From a virus (taxonomy: Duplodnaviria; Caudoviricetes), in IMG/VR virus record IMGVR_UViG_3300005764_000020, positions 1 to 59,935 of that record: DNA of 59,935 nucleotides; one strand, written 5' to 3'. Below, piece after piece: positions 7,799 through 18,100 of the stretch (positions are counted from its first letter, which is position 1; every line of letters starts with the position of its first letter). A program made the position numbers and the translations under genes. The notes under the pieces are model-generated. The model did no database searches and was not told the origin of the DNA. It saw only the letters and a program-made list of their open reading frames with translations.

Positions 7799-8245
7799 AT
7801 GACGTTCTCATCCAGCTGGCAGGAAGTATCAGGCGACCGCGAGGGCGCAGACATCGACGCGACCGCCGGCACCCACTCACCTACTTGGGACAGCATGGAC
7901 GACGCAACACGCGACACTATCTCGCTCGCAACTCGTTCCGCTGAGGGAATCATCCAGGAGTTGTGCCACAACCTGAGCGACGAAGAGCATCGCTTCCGCA
8001 TCACCATCTCCGGGCACGTCTCGGACGAGAACACCGATGGCATGCCGAGTTACATCACGCTGTCCGTCGCGCAGATGGATGGGCCGGTCGCTGCTGAGGC
8101 ACCGGCTGAGGAGCCGCCCGCCGAAGAGCAACCACCGGCTGAGGAAGCACCACCGGCTGAGGAAGCACCACCGGCTGAGGAACAACCACCAGCAGAAGAG
8201 ACACCACCAGACACAAGCGAGGCCCAACCGGAGCCCGCTAGCTAG
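7799..8245 (+). CDS. Acidic protein with PPAEE repeat tail
   Basis: RBS AGAAAGGAA; low-complexity C-terminus. Confidence 0.75.
   Translation: MTFSSSWQEVSGDREGADIDATAGTHSPTWDSMDDATRDTISLATRSAEGIIQELCHNLSDEEHRFRITISGHVSDENTDGMPSYITLSVAQMDGPVAAEAPAEEPPAEEQPPAEEAPPAEEAPPAEEQPPAEETPPDTSEAQPEPAS
8101..8210 (+). repeat. In-frame 18-nt tandem repeat (ACCACCGGCTGAGGAAGC)
   Basis: Units at 8131, 8149, 8167, 8185 plus degenerate flanks. Confidence 0.9.
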
Positions 8246-8253
8246 GAGATACA

Positions 8254-9039
8254 TTGGCGAAGCTCCCGCAAATCCGTCCTATCACCGAGTCAAAGCACAC
8301 ATTCATCTGTGTGTACGGCGACCCAGGCTGTGGCAAGACAACGCTCGCCGGATCCGGTGGTAAGGGCACACTGATTGTGCGCCCTCCCATCGACCACACC
8401 GATGCTATCGTCGGCTCGGGCGCGGATGAGATTGTCGTGCACTCCTGGGACGACATGCTTGAAGTCCAGGAGTTCGCCCGGCATGAAGGCGGGAAGGAGT
8501 ACGATTGGATCTGGCTAGACAGCGTCTCACTCTGGCAGGATGTCGGTATGGATGACATCTGGCAAGGCGTGATTGCCCAGAATCCACATCGGCTCAAAGC
8601 CTTCTACGACCGAGGCGAGTACCGGATCAACATGGGTCGCATCTCAGAGTGGATCCGGTACATGATCGGCAACGACACCTTCAACTTCGGGTTCACCGCT
8701 CATCCATTCTGGGCGACGTTCCGCGAGAACGAAGGTGAGGGCGACGATGTGACGAAGCTCATGCCATGGATCCAGGGGAAGTCAATGCCCCAGAAGCTCT
8801 GTGGTATGATGAACCTCGTCGCCTACATGACAGTTCATAAGCGAAAGGAAGGGGGACAACTATACCGTAAATTGACGTTTCATGGCACTGAGAACTTCTA
8901 CGCGAAGGATGGGCTGGGTGCGTTCCCGAAGGGCTACGTCATCAACCCAACCATGCCGGCAATCTCAGCGGCAGCAGATGCGGCGCGCAAGAAGAGTGTG
9001 CGTCCTACGGTCAGACGGAAACGGAGGATTACTGCATGA
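8254..9039 (+). CDS. AAA_24/Sak4-like P-loop ATPase
   Basis: Walker A VYGDPGCGKTT, Walker B-like IWLDSVS, FTAH; lies between nuclease and SSB-like genes. Confidence 0.8.
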   Translation: MAKLPQIRPITESKHTFICVYGDPGCGKTTLAGSGGKGTLIVRPPIDHTDAIVGSGADEIVVHSWDDMLEVQEFARHEGGKEYDWIWLDSVSLWQDVGMDDIWQGVIAQNPHRLKAFYDRGEYRINMGRISEWIRYMIGNDTFNFGFTAHPFWATFRENEGEGDDVTKLMPWIQGKSMPQKLCGMMNLVAYMTVHKRKEGGQLYRKLTFHGTENFYAKDGLGAFPKGYVINPTMPAISAAADAARKKSVRPTVRRKRRITA

Positions 9040-9800
9040 CCCGTATCGCATATGACGTCTCAGATGTCGAGGGTGCCGGCGGTGAAGATCCGGAGCCTGG
9101 CATCTACGAGGCGACAATCGTCGCGGCTGAGCAGCGCAGCGAGAAGGCAGACGGCTCGCCCGCGAACGACATCCATGTCACCTTTGACTTGGGCGGTGAC
9201 TACGTTCGCAAGCACGCGTACATCGGCCTAGGCGACGCGGCTGCTTGGAAGCTCAAGGAGTTCACGAACGCCTTGGGCCTCAAGGACAAAGGCACCATCG
9301 ACACGGCGAAGCTTGAGGGCAAGAAGGTGCGCGTCAAGCTCAACGCCGACACGTACGATGGCGAGCCCCGCTCGAAGATCGGCACCATCCTCAAGCTCAA
9401 GGCGGCCAAGGCTGAGGCCGTCGAGGAAGAGGTTGAGGAAGAAGAGGAGGTGGAGGAAGAGGAGCCAGAGGCTGAGGCTGACCTCGACTCGATGGACAGG
9501 GATGAACTGAAGGCGTTCATCAAGGAGAACAATCTGCGAGACGCAGGCGTCAAGGTGCTGCGGACGGACAGCGATGACGACCTGCGCGACAAGATCCGCG
9601 AGGCTATGCCTGAGGAGGCCGAAGCGGAAGAAGAGGAGGAGGATGGAGATGCCTCCGGAGGGGAGGATGACTACGACCAGTGGAAGCTGGCCGAGTTGAA
9701 GGAAGAGCTTGGTAACCGGGATCTCACCGTCGAGTCTCCGGTCACCAAGGCAAAAGCAATCGCGGCTCTCCGCGAGAACGACAGTGAGGAACCCTTCTAG
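9036..9800 (+). CDS. DUF669-like ssDNA-binding protein with acidic linkers and small helical domains
   Basis: PEPGIYEATIV...WKLKEF..ALG...GKKVRV; ends EEPF; position after Sak4-like ATPase. Confidence 0.7.
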   Translation: MTRIAYDVSDVEGAGGEDPEPGIYEATIVAAEQRSEKADGSPANDIHVTFDLGGDYVRKHAYIGLGDAAAWKLKEFTNALGLKDKGTIDTAKLEGKKVRVKLNADTYDGEPRSKIGTILKLKAAKAEAVEEEVEEEEEVEEEEPEAEADLDSMDRDELKAFIKENNLRDAGVKVLRTDSDDDLRDKIREAMPEEAEAEEEEEDGDASGGEDDYDQWKLAELKEELGNRDLTVESPVTKAKAIAALRENDSEEPF

Positions 9801-9827
9801 TAACCAAGTACATCTGGAGGAAAACTG

Positions 9828-10076
9828 ATGGCCGTATCGGCAAAGAAGCTGGAGAACAGGGACATCTACGAGATCAGCTATGGCAACTCGACAGGAGCGG
9901 GCTCGGTCACGGCCACGTTCACGAACCAGGCCAACGGTGACAAGTCGAGCAAAAAGGCCACCGATGATGGCACACTCGATGTGACCGTCGCAGCCGGGTT
10001 CAGCGGTACGGACGACGTGACCATCGTGCACGAGGATGGCACTGAACTCGACTCCGGCACCATCACGTTCGGCTAG
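9828..10076 (+). CDS. Hypothetical beta-rich protein
   Basis: GGAGG RBS; Thr/Gly/Asp-rich. Confidence 0.7.
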   Translation: MAVSAKKLENRDIYEISYGNSTGAGSVTATFTNQANGDKSSKKATDDGTLDVTVAAGFSGTDDVTIVHEDGTELDSGTITFG

Positions 10077-10092
10077 GAGCAACGAGGCTTAG

Positions 10093-10383
10093 ATGCCAAT
10101 CAAGCTAGATGACTATTCCCTACGCACGGATGACCTCTGCTTCGCGACCCTGCTCTCTATGCGCGGGTATACCACCGACATGGAGCTACGGGATCGAGGC
10201 CCGAACCGCCGCGTCGTTTGGTGGACGCTTGGGCTGGACGAAGAGGATGACCCCGTCCGTGATCTTGTGCAGGAGTACGCAGCGAACAAGTGTCGGGTCG
10301 AACCCCGCGAGTTTCTGCGTCACATGAGAGGAGTGCGGCGAGCAATGTACGATCTGCTCGGCGTGGGGAAGTCATCTGGCTAA
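10093..10383 (+). CDS. Hypothetical protein
   Basis: TDDLCFATLL...VEPREF; TAATG overlap with primase. Confidence 0.7.
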   Translation: MPIKLDDYSLRTDDLCFATLLSMRGYTTDMELRDRGPNRRVVWWTLGLDEEDDPVRDLVQEYAANKCRVEPREFLRHMRGVRRAMYDLLGVGKSSG

Positions 10384-13148
10384 TGCCAGTCAACAGAGGA
10401 CAGTTGAGGATGCTACAGCCCTACCTTCTGGGGCCCAATCCGAAGCCGGATGGGGAGTGGGACATGTATTGTCCGCTTCACGACGACTCGAATCGTAGCG
10501 CGAGCCTCAACGTCTATGGCGGCGTCTGGTTCTGTCAAGCGGGCTGCGGCGGCGGGACGGTGGTTGATCTGATCAAAGCAAGAGAGAGGTGGATCAGCCC
10601 GAACCCCGGCGCAGTCCGCAATGGCTACCACCCCAGGGGGCGTAACGGAGCGATGGAAACGGTCACGGAAGCGATGGTGGCCGCCTGGGCGCAGAATTTG
10701 CTCGACAATAAGGCAGCGCTCGACGACATCACCGCTCGACGCGGATTGACGGCCGAGACGCTCCAGCAGTTTGAGATTGGTTGGCGTCGCGACCGGAAGG
10801 TATACACAATACCAGTACGCGGAGAGGATGGCGAGCTAGCCAACGTCCGCTTCTATACGCCGACGCCCAAGCAGGGTAGGCGCAAGATGTGGGGGCTGCG
10901 TGGCCGGAATGAGCCACGTCTCTACCCAATCAACCAGCTAGAGCACGATACCATCGTCATCTGCGAGGGAGAACTGGATGCACTTGCCACCATACAGTCG
11001 GGATGGGCAGCCATCACGCGAACAGCCGCCGCAAAAGTCTGGCGCCCTGAGTGGAATCTACTATTTGCTGGTAAGCGTGTGTACCTTTGTCATGATCGGG
11101 ATGATGCTGGCATGGCTGCTAACCGACTGGTCGAGCGCCATCTTGCTCGACATTGTACTGTGTATCTGGTTGATCTCCCTTATCCTTGCAGTGAGAAGCA
11201 CGGGAGAGATCTGACTGATTTCTGGTTGGAGTACGACGCAGATGAGTTTGAGTCTCTGTTGCGCGGGGCCAAGCCCTCCCGCAAGCAGAGCGATGAATCA
11301 GAGCCAGAGCTAGTCACGGTGCTAGACAGCTTCGATTCCCGGCGGATTGCGAAGCCTGTCAACCTAGTGGTTACTGTCAAGGGCAAGAAGGAACCTGGGT
11401 ACACGATCCCGAAGACAGCACAACTGAGCTGTACTCGTGACGCCGGGCCCAAGTGCGCTTTCTGCCCTCTGAAGGCCCATGGCGCGGCTACGGTCGTGAT
11501 AGCACCTGACTCACCGGCGGTTCTGGCTCTGATTGATTCTCCGACCGCGAACGTACTTGACCTGATCCGCCAAGAGTACGGCGCCATGAAGTGTAATAAG
11601 CTCAACATCGAAGTCGAGGATCACCAGAGCGTGGAGGTGCTATATGCCCGTCCAAGTATTGATCATGCTGACGGGACGGAAGCGGGGGCGTACAAGACTG
11701 TTCGGATCACGTCGGTGGGGCGACACGACACCATGCCGAACAATACTCTGGTTGCCACTGGGGCGCTCCACCCAAACCCCCGTTCGCAAAGCAATGAATT
11801 CCTTGCTTGGCGACTTAATGCCGTCGATTCCTCTCTCGACACCTTCCAACTCGATAGAGAGGCTGCGCAGGAACTAAGGATCTTCCAGGCCCACGGCCGA
11901 CCGGCGCGAAAGCTCAAGGAGATAGCCGAGGCGATGGGCCAGCATGTCACCCGGATCATCGGCAGATGGGAGATGCATGCGATCTTTGACCTCACTCTTC
12001 ACTCGATCCTCTCCTTCCGTTTCAACAACAAACTCATTCGTCGCGGATGGCTGCAGAGTATCGTTTACGGTGACACTCGAACAGGCAAGTCGGAAGCCGC
12101 TTCACAGATCCTTCGCCACGTTGGTGCGGGGGAAATGGTCGGTGGTGAGTCGGCAAGTTATGCTGGACTTGTTGGAGGTCTCCAACAACTTCATGGTCGA
12201 GAATGGATCGTCACCTGGGGAGTCATCCCGCTCAACGACCGTCGCGCGGTGGTCGTGGACGAGGTCACCGGACTGAGCCATGAAGAAATTTCTCACATGT
12301 CCGATCTGCGGGCTTCAGGCATTGTACGTATCTCGAAGATTCAGCAAGAAGTCACGCACGCACGTACACGTATGCTTTGGCTCGCTAACCCTCGTAACGG
12401 TGGACATATGGGGCAATACACGTACGGAGTTGATGCTCTCAGGCCCCTTATCGGAAACGTTGAGGACATTGCGAGATTTGACCTTGCAATGGCCGTCACT
12501 ATGCATGACGTTCCCGTTGAGGAGTATAACGTCACCTACCACGACGGCACATTCCCGTACACGAGCGAGCTAAGCCACCAGTTGTTGCTCTGGGCCTGGA
12601 CACGCCGACCGGATCAAGTCATCTGGCAGAGGGGTGCCGAGGATCACGTGTTGCGTCTAGCGACCAAGCTCGGACGCAACTACATCGAAGATCCGCCGCT
12701 GATCCAGGCAGCCGATGTGCGCGAGAAGATTGCGCGCCTATCAGTAGCGCTCGCCGCTCGCCTGTTCTCGACAGACGAGGCAGCCGAGAGGGTCATCGTC
12801 ACGCGGGCCCACGTCGAGGATGCGGTGCGATTCATCAACCATATCTACTCGATGGATCAGTTTGGCTACCGTGAGCGATCCGAGGAGGCATACCGCGACC
12901 GCCAGTGGGCGCAGGAGAACAAAGATCCAATCCACAACTACCTACTAGGCTACCGTGGTCTGGCGAAGTTCATGCGGACGAATGGATCGTTCCGGCGACA
13001 AGACCTAGAGGAGGTCATGGACATCCCGAGAGAAGAAGCCAATGCGGTAATCTCGAAGCTCTGGGAGGCTCGCATGGTACGCAAGGTGAAGGGAGACATC
13101 CTAGTCGAGCCAACTCTACACAAGCTACTACGGGAGGTCAAGTGGTGA
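10383..13148 (+). CDS. Primase-helicase fusion (zinc finger + TOPRIM + MCM-like AAA+)
   Basis: CPLHDD..SAS..WFCQAGCG; ICEGELDA and CHDRDDAG; GDTRTGKS, VVVDEV, WLANP, ARFDL. Confidence 0.88.
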   Translation: MPVNRGQLRMLQPYLLGPNPKPDGEWDMYCPLHDDSNRSASLNVYGGVWFCQAGCGGGTVVDLIKARERWISPNPGAVRNGYHPRGRNGAMETVTEAMVAAWAQNLLDNKAALDDITARRGLTAETLQQFEIGWRRDRKVYTIPVRGEDGELANVRFYTPTPKQGRRKMWGLRGRNEPRLYPINQLEHDTIVICEGELDALATIQSGWAAITRTAAAKVWRPEWNLLFAGKRVYLCHDRDDAGMAANRLVERHLARHCTVYLVDLPYPCSEKHGRDLTDFWLEYDADEFESLLRGAKPSRKQSDESEPELVTVLDSFDSRRIAKPVNLVVTVKGKKEPGYTIPKTAQLSCTRDAGPKCAFCPLKAHGAATVVIAPDSPAVLALIDSPTANVLDLIRQEYGAMKCNKLNIEVEDHQSVEVLYARPSIDHADGTEAGAYKTVRITSVGRHDTMPNNTLVATGALHPNPRSQSNEFLAWRLNAVDSSLDTFQLDREAAQELRIFQAHGRPARKLKEIAEAMGQHVTRIIGRWEMHAIFDLTLHSILSFRFNNKLIRRGWLQSIVYGDTRTGKSEAASQILRHVGAGEMVGGESASYAGLVGGLQQLHGREWIVTWGVIPLNDRRAVVVDEVTGLSHEEISHMSDLRASGIVRISKIQQEVTHARTRMLWLANPRNGGHMGQYTYGVDALRPLIGNVEDIARFDLAMAVTMHDVPVEEYNVTYHDGTFPYTSELSHQLLLWAWTRRPDQVIWQRGAEDHVLRLATKLGRNYIEDPPLIQAADVREKIARLSVALAARLFSTDEAAERVIVTRAHVEDAVRFINHIYSMDQFGYRERSEEAYRDRQWAQENKDPIHNYLLGYRGLAKFMRTNGSFRRQDLEEVMDIPREEANAVISKLWEARMVRKVKGDILVEPTLHKLLREVKW

Positions 13149-13468
13149 GCAATCTACCTGACAGGCCTGGCATGTTGCCCGAGAAGCCGGGTGGCCGAGT
13201 GTACCACGAAGAGCAGCTGGAGATGGCGATGACCGATTTGTTCGCGGATCGTATCGAGGAGCAGATCATCGCCAACCACAAGTTCCTGCGGCGCACAGTC
13301 GCGTCCGTTCGCATGGTCGATCATGCCGGCTGGGACAAACGGTCTATCGTTGTCACCTTCACGGACGGGACAGCGCTCGGCATCAGCGGGCGCGATCTGA
13401 CCCTGCGTGAGTTCGACGTCAACCCATCGGACGAGCAGTTGTTCGAAGCAGCGAGTCGCGACGAATGA
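13145..13468 (+). CDS. Hypothetical protein
   Basis: GTGA overlap at 13145 with GGAGG RBS. Confidence 0.65.
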   Translation: MSNLPDRPGMLPEKPGGRVYHEEQLEMAMTDLFADRIEEQIIANHKFLRRTVASVRMVDHAGWDKRSIVVTFTDGTALGISGRDLTLREFDVNPSDEQLFEAASRDE

Positions 13469-14208
13469 AGAAAGTTTGCATCATCGGCTGTGGGCCATCT
13501 GGACTGCTCGCAGCTCATGCCGCCGAACAGGGCGGACACAAGTTCACGATTGTGAGCAAGGAGTTGCGCAAGAGCGTCATGGGTGGCGCGATGTACCTCC
13601 ACGAAGCGATCCCAGGCTTGACGGAGCAGGTGCCGGATGGTCAGCTGTACATCGAGAAACGCGGCATGGCGACCGGTTACGCCAAGAAGGTATACGGCGA
13701 CGAGAACCATTCGGTGAGCTGGAATCTGTTTGCGACAGGCATGCATAGGATCTGGTACATGGACAGAGCTTACAATAAGCTCTGGCGCCGTTACAAGGAT
13801 CATGTAAAGATACATAATGTATCGGAACATACGATGGACGAGATCATCCGGCACTTCGACCTAGTGATTGCCACCATGCCAAAACCAGCCGTTTGTTACG
13901 GTGGTCATGTGTTTGAGTCGGTGCCTGTCTGGATCCGGCAGCGACGGCTTACAGGCATACATTCAAACACCATGACGTACAGCGGTCTGGAGGAGGATCC
14001 CTGGTACCGCAAGAGCACAATCAACAACGTAGTCAACATCGAGTACGCGCAGCGACCGCCGAGTGATGATTACTACGGCGGCATCAAGCCGACGAGGAAC
14101 AACTGTACCTGCTGGCGCAGGGTGATGTGGGCCGGTCGCTGGGGTCGCTGGGAGAAAGGTGTACTTGTGCATCACGTCTACCAACAGGTGAAGCATGCGT
14201 TGCAGTGA
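13465..14208 (+). CDS. FAD/NAD-binding oxidoreductase
   Basis: N-terminal Rossmann KKVCIIGCGPSGLLAA; C-terminal AGRWGRW. Confidence 0.85.
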   Translation: MKKVCIIGCGPSGLLAAHAAEQGGHKFTIVSKELRKSVMGGAMYLHEAIPGLTEQVPDGQLYIEKRGMATGYAKKVYGDENHSVSWNLFATGMHRIWYMDRAYNKLWRRYKDHVKIHNVSEHTMDEIIRHFDLVIATMPKPAVCYGGHVFESVPVWIRQRRLTGIHSNTMTYSGLEEDPWYRKSTINNVVNIEYAQRPPSDDYYGGIKPTRNNCTCWRRVMWAGRWGRWEKGVLVHHVYQQVKHALQ

Positions 14209-14875
14209 GTGTAGCGCTCCAATTACGCCAGTCGTCGCGCTCGACATCGACGGCACCCTGGGCGACTTCCATGCCCACTTCATCTCGTTCCTGGAGTCGT
14301 ACCTCAACTGGCCGTTCCACCACTGTTGTGGCTTCGAGATGTACGACGGAGCTATCGCGTTCAACCAGTGGGCGCGCGAGACGTACGGCATCGACTACCG
14401 CACCTGGCAGGACATCAAGCTCGCCTACCGACAGGGCGCGCAGAAGCGCTCGATGCCAGTCATCCCTGGCGCTGAGAACGTTGTCTTGACTGCCGCCCGC
14501 GAAGGTTGTGAGATTTGGTTCACTACAACGAGGCCGTACCTACGGCTAGACAACATTGATCCTGATACCCGCTTCTGGCTAGACAATGTGCTGGGCGTCG
14601 AGGATCTCTACAGCGGCATGATCTATGATGAGTTGAAGTATGAGCGCTTTCGTGAGCTAGTCGATCCCGAGCGCGTCATCCTCATCTTGGAGGATCTGCC
14701 GGAAATGTACGACGCAGCTGCGGTCATCTTCGGAGAGGAAGTGCCTGTACTCGTGGATTCGATCTACAACTCAGAGGCGCAAGACAGCATGATGACTACT
14801 GTCTCAGATATGTATGCCCTGCCCGGACTAATCATGCAGCGAGCGAACAGATGGAGGCTAGAGCATGGGGATTGA
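14195..14875 (+). CDS. HAD-superfamily phosphatase, deoxyribonucleotidase-like
   Basis: LDIDGTLGD motif I, TTTRP motif II, LEDLPE motif IV; N-terminal CxxC. Confidence 0.8.
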   Translation: MRCSECSAPITPVVALDIDGTLGDFHAHFISFLESYLNWPFHHCCGFEMYDGAIAFNQWARETYGIDYRTWQDIKLAYRQGAQKRSMPVIPGAENVVLTAAREGCEIWFTTTRPYLRLDNIDPDTRFWLDNVLGVEDLYSGMIYDELKYERFRELVDPERVILILEDLPEMYDAAAVIFGEEVPVLVDSIYNSEAQDSMMTTVSDMYALPGLIMQRANRWRLEHGD

Positions 14876-15173
14876 ACTCAACGCGACCGACGACACCGAG
14901 CTAACAGAGCCGCAGCAACAGATCCTTCAGACAATGTTGCGCGCCTTCAACGTCATGCTGGAGCGCGAGAAGGTCTATGGCTCAGCCTGGACGCGCTACG
15001 GTCTACCGGACAAGGTGCTGCACTGTCGCGACATCATCAATCGCATCGAGCACATCACTGCGCATGCTTCACTGGAAGGCGAGCCGATCAAAAAGCTTGA
15101 GGACTTATTCCTCGACCTAGTCAACTATTCGGCTATGGGCGCGATTCAAACCGCACAGGGAAGGTTCTCATAA
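14865..15173 (+). CDS. Nucleotide-modification-associated domain 1 (Nmad1/DUF1599)-like protein
   Basis: E.VYGSAW...DK...RI...EDLFLDLVNYSAM pattern. Confidence 0.65.
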   Translation: MGIELNATDDTELTEPQQQILQTMLRAFNVMLEREKVYGSAWTRYGLPDKVLHCRDIINRIEHITAHASLEGEPIKKLEDLFLDLVNYSAMGAIQTAQGRFS

Positions 15174-15174
15174 G

Positions 15175-18100
15175 ATGGGGCGGGACAAAACACGATACAG
15201 GTATACCAAACCCAAGGTCGTGGAAAGGGAACGGGCCATGGAGGCACCGTCGGACAAAGCCCTGTCCCGCCCCTGGAATATCTACGATGCGCCCGTCAGG
15301 AACTTGGATGCTGCCAAGATTAGCGCATTCAGCGGGCGCGACCGTCTACGGCAGGAGTGTGGTCATGAACAGCCAGCCTACGTTCGAAAAGACAGACGGA
15401 CTGCTCGTGTACCTCGGCAGGTGCAAGCAATGCGGTTCAGAAGTCTGCATCATCACTCGACATACTCTTTCCTGGACGGATATGCACTGCCTGAAGCCCA
15501 CGTGCGCCGAGCGGCAGAACTTGGTATGGATAGTCTTGCACTCACAGAACACGGAAATCTTGCGAGTCATGTCAAGTTTGAGCAGTCTAGCCGATCAGCT
15601 GGAGTAAAGCCAATATTTGGCTGTGAGTTCTACTGCGGCCCCATAGATGAGGAGCGACGTGCACAAACGAAGAACCATCTTACAGTCATTGCAGAGTCGG
15701 AGGGTGGGTATCGGAATTTGCTCTCCCTCGTCACAAGCGCTAATGGTCGAGGATTCTTCTATCACCCAACGGTATCCGGTCGCGATCTGGCTACCCAAGC
15801 CGCTGGACTCTTCATCCTTAGCGGTTGCCAGGGCTCTCTCCTCTTCACTAGCCTCATGGGCGGAAAAGGCATCGAACGAGAACATGCTTCTTTCCGGCGA
15901 GCTAAGTCTGTCGCTCAACGGTTCAAGCGAACCTTCGGAGACAGATACTACATTGAAGTTCAAGCGTTTCCCGAACTACGCGATACGTGCGTGGCGAATG
16001 AGGCGCTTGCGGAGATTGCTCGACAAACTGGGATACCTCTCGTAGCAACGCTCGACTGCCACTATACCATCCCGACTGAGAAGGAGCTACAGCAGATCTT
16101 GCACAACGTCCGGCCAGGCAAGCAGCTAACGCTGGACGAACAGATCCGCAACTGGGGATACGACGCCAACCTCTGCCCAGAAGTCAGCGACAAGGCTCTC
16201 CTGCGGAAGCTCATCGCTACCGGGATCCCGCGTCAGCAGGCAATACAGGCGATCCTGGCGACAGAGGAGATTGCGCAAGAGTGTAACGTCGAACTCCCCA
16301 AGCTCCCGATGGTGAGGTATGTAGGTGACGACGGCCGGACACCACACGAGTTAGCCTGGGATTGGTTGCGCGAGGGCTGGCGCCTACGCAGGCTCCATCG
16401 GCTGTCCTATTCCGAGCGACAGGCGTACGCGGAGCGAGTCAAGTACGAGATGTCAATCATTGAGGAGAAAGACTTTGTTGATTACTTTCTCATCGTCGCT
16501 GACGCTATGCGTTTTGCAAAACGAAGAGGAATTGCAGCTGACCCTAGAGGAAGTGCTGTGGCTAGTGTGGTCTGTTGGTTACTCCAGATTACGGAACTTG
16601 ACCCCTTCAAATACGACCATCTCATCTTTGAACGATTCATCGACCTTAACCGGGTGGACTTGCCCGACATCGATGTTGACTTTGAGTCGGATCGAAGGGT
16701 GGAGGTAGAACAATATCTCGCTCAGCGCTACGGATCCGAGTGCGTGTCGAAGATCGCGACATTCACGATGTACAAAGCCCGCAACGCTCTGGACGACGTA
16801 GCCCACGCATTCCAGATCCCCAAGTACGAGCTAGACCCGCTCAAGGAAGTCCTGATTGAGCGTAGCTCGGGCGACCTGCGCGCCTCAGCCACCATCGAGG
16901 ATACCATCGAGCAATTCGACCAGGCACGCAACGTAGTCGAGAAGCACCCGAACGTCATCAAGGCGACGCTGTTAGAAGGAAACGCGCGCCAGATGGGCGT
17001 CCACGCAGCCGGCATCGTCGTGTCGAACGGCCCGCTTAGCGAAGTTGTGCCGGTCGTGACGCGGAAGGTCAAGGGCAATGACACCCAAGTCGTTCAGGTA
17101 GACAAGTATGACTGCGCCTACCTCGGCCTCCTCAAGCTGGACTTCCTGGGATTGACGAAGCTCGATCAGCTAGCCGACTGTTGCCGAGCGATAGGCGAGC
17201 CGACCAGCTTCTTGTACTCGATCCCCCTCGATGACCCGGAGGTGATCCGTGGCTTCCACGCCAACGACGTTACTGGAATATTTCAATTTGACGGTCGCGC
17301 TGTACGTTCACTCAACGGATCACTCAAACCGGACACTCTTCAAGAAGTCTGTGACATTACCGCCCTGGCTCGCCCTGGGCCGCTCCACAATGGCGCAGCG
17401 CAGATGTATATTGATATCAAACGTGGATCCGTACGGCCTCGAATGGTACACCCCGCGCTGGAGCGGATCCTGGCCAAGACGTACTACCAAATTGTATACC
17501 AAGAGCAGATCCTTAGAATTGTTCGTGATATTGGAGACTTCGACTGGACAGATTCAGCCCAGATCCGCAAGATCATCTCACAGAAGCACGGTGACGCCGC
17601 CTTCAACCGATACAAGGAGCAGTTCGTCAATGGATCACGCACAATACCAGAACGCCTTGGTGATGATGAAATGGATCGGAGCGAAGCCGAACAAATCTGG
17701 GGTGAGTGCATTACGGCCGGATCGTATGCGTTCAACGCCGCGCACTCCGCGAGCTACGGAACGCGAGCCTGGTGGGACATGTGGTTCAAACGCCATCACC
17801 CAGAGGCTTGGTTCCCTGCCGCTCTGCGTCGAGTCTCTTCTGGTGCTACAGGTGGTAGCGGAGCGAACCCAAAGGCTAGCGCAGTCAGTAAGGCCAAGCT
17901 TGACCCCGTGGTGGTCATGCTCCGTGACGCTCGCAAGCATGGGCGGAACTTTCAAATCGTACCGCCTAACGTTCGCCAGTCGAGCACTACGTGGGCCGGT
18001 CGAAGTAATCGCATCGTGGCCGGTTTCACGCAGCTACCCAACATCGGAGAGTCGAAGGCGCGAGCGATCATAGAGGCACGTAAGGACGGACAAGTGAAGA

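Noticed and set aside
15287-15607. Alternative-frame ORF with CKQC
   Set aside because: Overlaps the conserved PHP motifs of dnaE
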